Positions 28,489 through 36,348 of a stretch of DNA of 64,000 nucleotides are shown here, piece after piece. Where the stretch lies: positions 16,596 to 80,595 of the forward strand of contig CALJLD010000060.1 in assembly GCA_937982665.1 (NCBI GenBank), in the 5' to 3' direction. How positions within the stretch are numbered: the stretch's first letter is position 1; the number at the start of each line of letters is the position of its first letter. The position numbers were made by a program, and so were the translations under genes. The stretch is from an uncultured Planctomycetales bacterium (GTDB lineage: Bacteria > Planctomycetota > Planctomycetia > Pirellulales > S012-138). The notes below the pieces were generated by a model. It made no database searches and was not told the DNA's origin. It saw only the letters and a list, made by a program, of their open reading frames with translations.

Positions 28489-28782
28489 TGGAAATACCCC
28501 TCTTGCAGCATTGATTGGTCAATCAACTGCTATCCCCACTCGTAAATGATCCACTAGCCTTGAACTCGCAATCGAGCCTTGGGACCCCTCACGGAATTTG
28601 AAAAAAATCTTCGAATGTTCGCCTGTCCCCAAAAACCGCCGTTTTTCGGTAGTGTTATGCAAACGCATGATGCTCAAACCGGTTGCCGTTGTGCCGCCTC
28701 GCTAATCAGCTTGCGGCTGGCTGCTGGCAAAACTAGCATCAATGTTCTCTTCTCTATTGCTCTGGATTCTTAAGGGGGAGCC

Positions 28783-29406
28783 ATGTCAAGCAGCAGCTCG
28801 CAGGCCAGTTTCAGCGACTCGGTTTCGGACTTGTTGGAACAGCTCAAAGCCGGCAAGCAAACCGCCGCTCAAGGGATCTGGTCGCGCTACGTGGAACGGC
28901 TTGTAAATGAAGCCCAAAAACGCCTGCGCAACTCGTCGCGGCGCGTCGCTGACGAAGACGACGTCGTCAACCACGCGTTCGGTTCATTTCTGGAAGGAGT
29001 CAAGCAAGGGCGCTACAGCAAACTGAATGACCGAACGGATCTGTGGCAAGTCTTGGTCATGCTGGTAGAACGCAAAGCCATCGACCAGATTCGCGCGCTT
29101 GACGCTCAAAAGCGCGGCAATGGTCAAACGCGCGGCGATTCCATCTTCCAAAAAGCTACAGACGAGTCCGGCGCGATTGGCTTTGACGGAATTGTCGATC
29201 CGCATCCCTCGCCAACGTTGGTGAAGATGTTTTGCGAGCAGTTTCGCGCATTCCTGAATGGACTTGATGAGCAATTTCGCGAAGTTGCCATACTCAAACT
29301 GCAGAACTACACCAACCAAGAGATCGCTGACATAGTTGGAATCAGTGTGAGTTCCGTGGAAAGAAAGCTCTCCATCATTCGTGACGGATGGCGAAAGCAA
29401 GAATAG
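28783..29406 (+). CDS. ECF-type RNA polymerase sigma factor (Sigma70_ECF / kinase-associated type)
   Basis: RBS AAGGGGGAG upstream. Region 2-like WSRYVERLVNEAQKRL...DEDDVVNHAF and region 4 HTH NYTNQEIADIVGISVSSVERKL. Adjacent to a Ser/Thr kinase gene. Confidence 0.85.
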   Translation: MSSSSSQASFSDSVSDLLEQLKAGKQTAAQGIWSRYVERLVNEAQKRLRNSSRRVADEDDVVNHAFGSFLEGVKQGRYSKLNDRTDLWQVLVMLVERKAIDQIRALDAQKRGNGQTRGDSIFQKATDESGAIGFDGIVDPHPSPTLVKMFCEQFRAFLNGLDEQFREVAILKLQNYTNQEIADIVGISVSSVERKLSIIRDGWRKQE

Positions 29407-29584
29407 CAGCCAGTCGAGTTGTCAACTTGCTGCGAGCCCTTCAAGGCGTGGGTGCAAATAATCGCAAAGCGAAGCGGGCGATCATGCGAAAGTCACTCGC
29501 GCAATGTGCGAAGTTGAAATGCCGTGAACGCATTTTCAACATTGGTGGCGGCAACCGGCAGCAAGAAAACCCAAGGAGTGAATC

Positions 29585-32500
29585 GTGTCTCTCGACCGCG
29601 AAATCGATGCTCTTTGCGATGAGTTTGAAGAGAAACTGGGAACACTTGACGCGCTCACAATCGAAGAGGTTTTGCCGCGGATTGACGAACCGCGTCGCCC
29701 GACTCTGCTGACCGAGTTGATCAAGATCGAACTCGATTCGCTTGAAGGCGTCGATCTCACGGAGCGCCAGGCAGACTACGAAGCCCGCTTTCCGGAAAAT
29801 GGTCGTGATGTCGTCCGCGCCTATCGTGAGGTTTTCGGACGAGACACCGAGGATTTTGAGCGGGAAGAGGACGGGAGGTCACTCCCACTTCAGGTTGGCG
29901 AATCGATCGGCAAGTACGATCTTCTGGCGTTGTTAGGAGTCGGGTCCTTTGGCGCTGTCTATCGTTCCTACGATCACGAGATCGACCGCGCCGTCGCAAT
30001 CAAAGTTCCCCTGGAAGGCCAACTCGCCAGTCGCCTGGAAGAGGATCAGTTCCTCCGCGACGCCAAGAACGCCGCCCAGTTGAAGGCGCCGGGCATCGTT
30101 TCCATCTACCACTCAGGGCGAGCCAAAGAGATCCCGTACATCGTGGAGGAATTCCTTCCCGGCGGTGACCTCAAGCAGGCACTCGCCAGCAAGCGGTTTT
30201 CGTTCCGCGAGACAGCGACTTTGATCCTGGGAGTCGCGGAAGCTTTGGACATCGCGCACCAACGTCGAATTATTCATCGCGACCTCAAGCCTGGAAATAT
30301 CCTGCTCACCAAGGAAGGCAAGCCCTGCATCACGGATTTTGGGCTTTCCATGCGGGAAGAATCTCGTCACCTGCATCACGATGAAGTCTGCGGCGCGCCG
30401 GCATACATGGCCCCGGAACAGGTTCGCGGAGAGTCGCATCGCATTACCGCCCAAACGGATCTGTGGAGCTTGGGCGTCATCCTGTATGAGATGCTTTGCG
30501 GCACAACGCCATTTGTCGCAAAGACGCGCGCCGAGTTGGCCGCCGAGATCAAGGAGAAAGACCCGCTTCCCCTGCACAACCATGTCCGCGAAATTCCCGC
30601 CGAGCTGGAACGCGTCTGTATGAAGTGCCTGGCAAAGCGGATGTCCGATCGATACTCGCGCACCGGCGACCTGGTCAACGACCTCAGGGAATGGCTTGAG
30701 TCAACCCGGCAGTACAAACACACGGAGCTCTTCAAGCTGCCCGTCGTCATTCGGCCCAAAGGCTTGCGTCCCTTTGATGAGGACGATGAGGAATATTTCC
30801 TCAACTTGCTCCCTGGTCCGCGAGATACACGCGGCGTGCCGGACTCGATCCGTTTTTGGACCAACAAGATTACGCAGCGCCGCAACAGTAGGACATTTCG
30901 CGTCGGCTTGTTGTACGGGCCCAGCGGAAGCGGAAAAACTTCGTACGTTCGCGCCGGCATATTGCCCAGGCTGCCTAAGGAAGTCACGGTTCTGCACGTC
31001 GAGGCCACTGGCGAAGAAACAGAACTGCGAATTCTCAGACAATTGCGAAGTTTGTTTCCGGACCTTTCTCCGGACCTGGACTTGCCTCAGGCACTTGCCA
31101 CTATCCGCGACGGAAACTGGATGGCAACCGGCGAAAAGCTCCTGATCATCATTGATCAATTCGAGCAATGGTTGCACGCCAACCGCGCCTTGGAAGAAGC
31201 GCAGTTAGTGGATGGATTGCGGCAGTGTGACGGCGGCAATGTTCAAGCGATGGTACTGGTGCGAGATGAATTCTGGATGGGGATCACGCGCTTCATGGAA
31301 TCCCTTGAAGCCGGGCTCGAACGAGGGACCAACACGGATATCGTTGATCGGTTCAGCCTTGCTCACTCTCGCAAGGTCCTCCAACTCTTTGGCGAGGCGT
31401 ACGGCCATGTTGTGCCAGAGGACGAGGAATCGCGGCGCGAGTACAACGAGTTCCTGGACGCCGCGGTGCAGGAACTTGCGGAAGATGACCGTGTGGTTTC
31501 GATTCGGCTCGCGTTGTTTGCGGAAATGATCAAAGACAAGCCTTGGCATAAGTCAACGCTTGACCAGTTTGGTGGCGCGGACGGTATTGGAGTTGCGTTC
31601 CTGGACGAGGCCTTTGATTCGGCCCGCGGCAACCCGGCACATCGCGTGCATGCTGCCGCCGCTCGCAAGGTTCTTGAAGCCTTGCTACCTGACGAGGTCA
31701 CGGAAATCAAAGGGCACATGCGCTCATTGGCGGAACTTCGCAAAGTGAGCGGTTATGAAAAAGACGACGCCGCATTCACGCAGTTGCTCAACGTGCTTGA
31801 TCGTCAGTTGCGGCTCATCACGCCAACAGACCCAGTACTGGGCCAAAGTGCGCTTGGTGAGTCTTCACAAAGTGCGTCCAATGCGTCTTCAAGCCAGGCC
31901 GCGGAAACTCATGTCCACTATCAGTTGACGCATGACTTTCTCGTTCCGGCGTTGCGGAGTTGGATTCACCGCACCGAACTGGAAACCTGGCGTGGCCGCG
32001 CTCGGCTCCGCATGCGCGAGCGCGCCCAACTTTGGAATGCTCGGCGGGAACCTCGCCAACTGCCATCACTATGGGAATGGTCCGGCATGAAGCTGGCCAC
32101 CCGCAAGAGAGAACGCAGCGAAGTTCAGGAAGAGATGTTGAAGCAGGCTGGCGGGCTGCGGTTACGCCAGGCAGGTGCGCTGATGCTGGTCATTGCCGCG
32201 GTGGTGTTCGGGATTCTCGCCATTCGCCGGCAAGTCCGCGATGAAGCCGCGCTACAACTTGTCGTGAATATCGTCGAATCTCCTCCAGATCAGCTGCGCA
32301 CACATATTGAGAAATTGGTCGCCATCTATCCAGCCGAGGGGCGGGAACTTCTGCTGCACCTGCATCGATTGGAAGGCGAAGTATCGCCAGACGTATTGCG
32401 GCAGCCCCGCGCCCAACGGAATATCGAGATCGCCTTGGCCTCCCTTGGCGTTCAACACTCAGACTGGCTCATCGAACAAGCCCCTATCACTCCCTTACCT

Positions 32501-33706
32501 GAGATCCCTAACCTTGCCCGCGCGCTCAAAGGCGCGGAGGCAAGCGCCCTGGGCAAATGGAGTAGTACCTACCGGCAAAACACGGTAGATGAAAATGCAC
32601 GCCTGACCTATTTGCTGCTGCTCTTGGGCGAAACAACTCCAATTATTGAGATCGCCAAGGACAATAACTCTGTGGATGTTTACTCACATCTGCAGGTTGC
32701 CATCCCCAATTCAAATCCGGATACCGGGGCACTCGCCGACGTCTTGATAACGGCAAGTGCCCGGGACGCAGACCAAAACCAGCATGAGCTCAGCAGCCTG
32801 TGCTTGATCTTGGCCGGCATTCCGCCTGAAGATTTCCCCGCGGAAAAGCGCGCGCAAGTCGAGGACAAGCTGGTGTCACTCTACACAACGTGTCGCTTTG
32901 CCGATGTGCACAGCGCTTCAAAGTTCGCCCTGGAACAATGGCAAATCCCGCTCCCGCCGATTGCTCCACAAGATGTGAATAAGATCGGTGACAAAGAGTG
33001 GTTTGTGAATTCCTGGGGCATGACGATGTTGCTAGTGCCCGACACGGAAGACTCACCCCTGTTTGTTGCAGCATACGAGACAGCCGTTGCCCAACTCTTG
33101 GAATGCATTCGCTTCGCCAAAGCGAATAACCGGCTATTGCTCGAAGATAATTCTTCGCCTGAAGACAGTCCGTATGTTGGCTGCCCAATAACCAACATCT
33201 CCGGCATAGACGCGCTTCGGTTCTGTAATCAACTCAGTGAAGCAAACAACTTGACGCCGTGTTATGTACAGACCGCCGATAGTTGGTTTCTCAATCCCGT
33301 CGCCAACGGATATCGATTGCTAACGACCGACGAATGGGAAAACACCTGTCAGGCGGGATCCAAAACACCATACTCGTACGGCTCAACGGTTCGGTACTAT
33401 GACGAGTTCCTAGCGCATGGTTACGAACATTTCCCAGTTGGCGGATCAAGGCGACCCAATCTCTGGGGGTTTTTTGACTTTCCCGGGAGCGTTGGCGAAT
33501 TGACAATGCAGGTCGATGCAAACAACAGGGTCAGGTTCGCAATGTCGGGGCAGTCAATGCGTTTTCAAGATGGGCCAGAAGTTCACTCCTCGGACGCGAG
33601 GGTGCATTTTGACGCTGATTCCAACCCCAGCGCGCTCTTCATGGGCTTTCGTGTTACCTGCCAACTTCCCGTGGCGAATGAACAACCACGCGATTCGTCC
33701 GAGTGA
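29585..33706 (+). CDS. multidomain Ser/Thr kinase: Hanks kinase + STAND-like P-loop NTPase + TM helix + FGE-sulfatase (SUMF1)-like C-terminal domain
   Basis: GTG start behind AAGGAG. Kinase motifs GVGSFGAV, VAIK, HRDLKPGN, DFG, APEQ (aa ~111-371). NTPase motifs GLRPFDEDDEEYF, Walker A GPSGSGKT (aa 445-452), LLIIIDQFEQ, and YQLTHDFLVPALRSW. TM helix at aa 863-880. C-terminal motifs WFVNSWGMTMLLVP, GYRLLTTDEWE, NLWGFFDFPGSVGELT. Confidence 0.85.
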   Translation: MSLDREIDALCDEFEEKLGTLDALTIEEVLPRIDEPRRPTLLTELIKIELDSLEGVDLTERQADYEARFPENGRDVVRAYREVFGRDTEDFEREEDGRSLPLQVGESIGKYDLLALLGVGSFGAVYRSYDHEIDRAVAIKVPLEGQLASRLEEDQFLRDAKNAAQLKAPGIVSIYHSGRAKEIPYIVEEFLPGGDLKQALASKRFSFRETATLILGVAEALDIAHQRRIIHRDLKPGNILLTKEGKPCITDFGLSMREESRHLHHDEVCGAPAYMAPEQVRGESHRITAQTDLWSLGVILYEMLCGTTPFVAKTRAELAAEIKEKDPLPLHNHVREIPAELERVCMKCLAKRMSDRYSRTGDLVNDLREWLESTRQYKHTELFKLPVVIRPKGLRPFDEDDEEYFLNLLPGPRDTRGVPDSIRFWTNKITQRRNSRTFRVGLLYGPSGSGKTSYVRAGILPRLPKEVTVLHVEATGEETELRILRQLRSLFPDLSPDLDLPQALATIRDGNWMATGEKLLIIIDQFEQWLHANRALEEAQLVDGLRQCDGGNVQAMVLVRDEFWMGITRFMESLEAGLERGTNTDIVDRFSLAHSRKVLQLFGEAYGHVVPEDEESRREYNEFLDAAVQELAEDDRVVSIRLALFAEMIKDKPWHKSTLDQFGGADGIGVAFLDEAFDSARGNPAHRVHAAAARKVLEALLPDEVTEIKGHMRSLAELRKVSGYEKDDAAFTQLLNVLDRQLRLITPTDPVLGQSALGESSQSASNASSSQAAETHVHYQLTHDFLVPALRSWIHRTELETWRGRARLRMRERAQLWNARREPRQLPSLWEWSGMKLATRKRERSEVQEEMLKQAGGLRLRQAGALMLVIAAVVFGILAIRRQVRDEAALQLVVNIVESPPDQLRTHIEKLVAIYPAEGRELLLHLHRLEGEVSPDVLRQPRAQRNIEIALASLGVQHSDWLIEQAPITPLPEIPNLARALKGAEASALGKWSSTYRQNTVDENARLTYLLLLLGETTPIIEIAKDNNSVDVYSHLQVAIPNSNPDTGALADVLITASARDADQNQHELSSLCLILAGIPPEDFPAEKRAQVEDKLVSLYTTCRFADVHSASKFALEQWQIPLPPIAPQDVNKIGDKEWFVNSWGMTMLLVPDTEDSPLFVAAYETAVAQLLECIRFAKANNRLLLEDNSSPEDSPYVGCPITNISGIDALRFCNQLSEANNLTPCYVQTADSWFLNPVANGYRLLTTDEWENTCQAGSKTPYSYGSTVRYYDEFLAHGYEHFPVGGSRRPNLWGFFDFPGSVGELTMQVDANNRVRFAMSGQSMRFQDGPEVHSSDARVHFDADSNPSALFMGFRVTCQLPVANEQPRDSSE

Positions 33707-33780
33707 TACACGCACGGGCACCACTCAGTGAGGTCACAGAGCATTGCCGGTGCGGACCGGTTTCGAACCTGGGCAACCGC

Positions 33781-34401
33781 TTACTTTGAGATCGTAAAGC
33801 CCCAACTCATGCCAGGACGACGCCGATAGCGTCTCGGTCCCCAATGGTGGTAATAAACCGGTGGGCCCCAATGCTCTTCGACGATCACCGGTGGCGGAGT
33901 TGTGTAAACCACTTGAGGTGGTGCCGAAGCTGCCGCAACTCGCGGGGGTGATTGCTGCGCGGCTTGCATGACTTCTTCGGAAACGCCTTGCGAATTCATG
34001 TGAATGAAATCGTTGGGCTGCATGTCACGAGCCATGCCAACGGTTCGCACGTGCGAGGCGATGACAGAACTAGGAACGCCTGAGCGCGTCATGGCAACGA
34101 TGTCTTCCACCGCCACCCCACCCGGCGGCAGATCTCGGCCCAAGTGTGCCGCAATCTCCGCCCTGTTCCGAGCCTCGATCTCATCCATCGCGCTTCCGGC
34201 AGCTGCGCCGGTGATTCCGCCCAAGGCCGCGCCAATCAGTGCGCCTTCGGCCGCATTGCCGGATTGATTGCCGATAATCGCGCCGGCACCCGCGCCAGCC
34301 AACGCTCCCAGGCCAGCGCCTCGATCCGCATAGTAGGGTGAAGCGCAACCAGCAGTGCAGGCCGCCGCCAACAACAGCGCGCCAAGTACGGACTTTCGCA
34401 T
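33781..34401 (-). CDS. lipoprotein with glycine-zipper segment
   Basis: Lipobox LLAAACTAGC. Glycine zipper GALAGAGAGAIIGNQSGNAAEGALIGAALGGITGAAAGSA. Confidence 0.7.
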   Translation of the reverse strand: MRKSVLGALLLAAACTAGCASPYYADRGAGLGALAGAGAGAIIGNQSGNAAEGALIGAALGGITGAAAGSAMDEIEARNRAEIAAHLGRDLPPGGVAVEDIVAMTRSGVPSSVIASHVRTVGMARDMQPNDFIHMNSQGVSEEVMQAAQQSPPRVAAASAPPQVVYTTPPPVIVEEHWGPPVYYHHWGPRRYRRRPGMSWGFTISK

Positions 34402-34557
34402 GAATCAACTCGCGTGCGAGCCAGGTGGGTCGTGAAATCGCCTCTAGGGCAAGATCGGCAATTTTGCGGGGCGGGGATTATTCTCGTCCCCATCATTCCG
34501 GTCAAGACGAGAGGTCCCCATCATCGCTGGCAATGCAGGCAAACTTTTCCGAATATA

Positions 34558-35433
34558 CTAATCGTCTGCTTGCTTGCGCTGCTTCGCCCGTTCGACGGCT
34601 GCATGATACTTCTTGCGAATCTCTTCCAGGTCGACGCTCGGTGCCGGCGTTTTGAGATCCATGCTTTCCAAGGCCTCAATCACAATCCGCCCTACGGCCA
34701 CGTTGCGATACCACTTGCGGTTTGCCGGGATGACAAACCACGGGGCATGCTCCGTACTGCATTGCGCGAACACATCCTCAAACGCCTCGTCGTATTGACT
34801 GTCTAAGCGGCGTTCGGAGTAATCCGCGTCGCTGATTTTCCATTGCCGGTGCGGATCGTTCAGGCGATCGGCAAAGCGTTCCAACTGTTCGTCCGGGTCG
34901 ACATGCAAATAAAACTTCAAGATGCGCGTGCCGTTATCAGCCAGCAACCTTTCAAAATTGTTGATGTGGTCGAAGCGTTTTGACCATACATGTTCCGGCG
35001 CAAGATTGCGGACACGAACAACCAACACATCTTCATAATGCGAGCGATTGAACACGCCCACCTGGCCTTTGGCCGGCGCCGCTTTGTGGCAACGCCATAA
35101 GAAGTCGTGAGCGGCCTCCTCGGCGGTCGGCACTTTGAAGTTGGAAATCACACAGCCCTGCGGATTCATTGCACCCAACACAAACTTGATTGTGCCGTCT
35201 TTGCCGCCGGCATCTTTCGCTTGAAAGACAAGCAACAGCGCATGCTCGGCCGAAGCATGCAGCAGATATTGCAGCTCATTCAAGCGATCCTCGATCCGCT
35301 TGAGTTCGTCCTTCGCCGCTTTCTTGGAAGCGAACTCCCCGGTAAACCCAGCATCCGTTTCGGCAAGCCTGATCTGGCTGCCTGGCGGAACGCGAAACTT
35401 CAGCGTGTAGCTTTCTGTGGAATTCATAGCCAT
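34558..35433 (-). CDS. ppk2: polyphosphate kinase 2 family (polyphosphate:nucleotide phosphotransferase)
   Basis: Motifs FQAKDAGGKDGTI, FNRSHYEDVLVVRV, and WFVIPANRKWYRN near the C-terminus. ATG at 35433 preferred over GTG at 35448. Confidence 0.85.
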   Translation of the reverse strand: MAMNSTESYTLKFRVPPGSQIRLAETDAGFTGEFASKKAAKDELKRIEDRLNELQYLLHASAEHALLLVFQAKDAGGKDGTIKFVLGAMNPQGCVISNFKVPTAEEAAHDFLWRCHKAAPAKGQVGVFNRSHYEDVLVVRVRNLAPEHVWSKRFDHINNFERLLADNGTRILKFYLHVDPDEQLERFADRLNDPHRQWKISDADYSERRLDSQYDEAFEDVFAQCSTEHAPWFVIPANRKWYRNVAVGRIVIEALESMDLKTPAPSVDLEEIRKKYHAAVERAKQRKQADD

Positions 35434-35597
35434 GCAAAGATGTGGCACGATACGATCCAGGAATCACGGCGGTCGCTCCTGATATTCGTCTCAGGCACTG
35501 CGGAAATCAAGCAGGCCGCGTAAAAGCCATCGCCAACGGGGAAAAGACCCAGCCAAGCTGCAACACGTGCGGACAACAAACTTTTTCAAAATTCGTG

Positions 35598-35639
35598 TTG
35601 ACGACAAGTGTCGTCATTCGTAGACTACTCGTGTCGTCA
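35598..35639 (+). promoter_or_regulatory. putative blaI promoter with BlaI-type operator
   Basis: -35 TTGACG (35598-35603), a 17-nt spacer, -10 TAGACT (35621-35626). A perfect palindrome TGACGACA-AG-TGTCGTCA (35599-35616) fills the spacer. A third half-site TGTCGTCA lies at 35632-35639. The CDS starts at 35666. Confidence 0.5.
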
Positions 35640-35665
35640 ATAACGGACTTGCCACCTTCGACGCT

Positions 35666-36079
35666 ATGAACAAACGCCAACGAGAATCGATCGGCCGTGT
35701 GGAATGGGAGATCCTCCAATTTGTGGCGGACCATCATCCCATCTCCGTTCGCGAAGTTGCCGATCATATGGCCGAAACCTCCGGTCAGGCACGGACAACT
35801 GTACTCACCGTCCTGGAGCGCTTGCGGGCCAAGGGCTACCTCACTCGCCGCAAGAAGGCCGGCGTTAATCACTATTCGCCCAAAGTCAGCAAGTCGGAAC
35901 TCGTGCAGGAAATGGTGGGCGATTTCGTGCAAGGCATGCTCGGCGGCTCCGTCTCGCCGTTCTTCGCCTACTTGGCCGAGTCCGGCGAACTCAGTCCAAA
36001 ACAGCTCTCGGAATTGCAGTCGATTTTGAAAGAACTTGAAGATCGTGACGAAGAAGGGGGACAGCCCGAGGCCGGCTAG
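35666..36079 (+). CDS. blaI: BlaI/MecI/CopY family transcriptional repressor
   Basis: 137 aa with a winged-helix N-terminus EWEILQFVADHHPISVREVADHM....TTVLTVLERLRAKGYL. Followed by an M56 peptidase gene. Confidence 0.85.
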   Translation: MNKRQRESIGRVEWEILQFVADHHPISVREVADHMAETSGQARTTVLTVLERLRAKGYLTRRKKAGVNHYSPKVSKSELVQEMVGDFVQGMLGGSVSPFFAYLAESGELSPKQLSELQSILKELEDRDEEGGQPEAG

Positions 36080-36124
36080 CTGTGCGGCAATGCAAGGTTT
36101 GCCGAATTGAAGATCCGGTCTCTG

Positions 36125-36257
36125 TTTCTGTCCTCAGTCTCCGTCATTCATCCGCTGTCCTCAGTCATTCCTCGTCCATCCTCCGTCATTCCCGCGCAGG
36201 CGGGAATCCAGAGACCAAACGTTCCGCGCTGGATTCCCGCCTGCGCGGGAATGACGG
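36125..36257. repeat. composite intergenic repeat: degenerate direct repeats leading into a perfect 29-bp inverted repeat with nested ATTCCC-N8-GGGAAT hairpins
   Basis: Left arm CCGTCATTCCCGCGCAGGCGGGAATCCAG is at 36183-36211. The right arm at 36229-36257 is its exact reverse complement, with a 17-nt spacer between. Each arm contains its own 8-bp/4-nt-loop hairpin. Upstream, GTCCTCAGTC occurs twice (36130, 36157) and CCGTCATTC twice (36141, 36183). Confidence 0.9.
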
Positions 36258-36348
36258 AACGGGGCAACGAAGCAGGGCAGCACAAAGAGAAACACGACAC
36301 GCCAAGCGACAAACGGCACACCGTGGCACAAGACGATAGAGACACACC

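Noticed and set aside
33740-33780. A tRNA-like T-loop string on the minus strand (GGTTCGAAACC).
   Set aside because: The flanking bases do not form a 5-bp T-stem (two mismatches). I could build no acceptor stem, CCA end or anticodon arm. I found no tRNA gene anywhere in the window.
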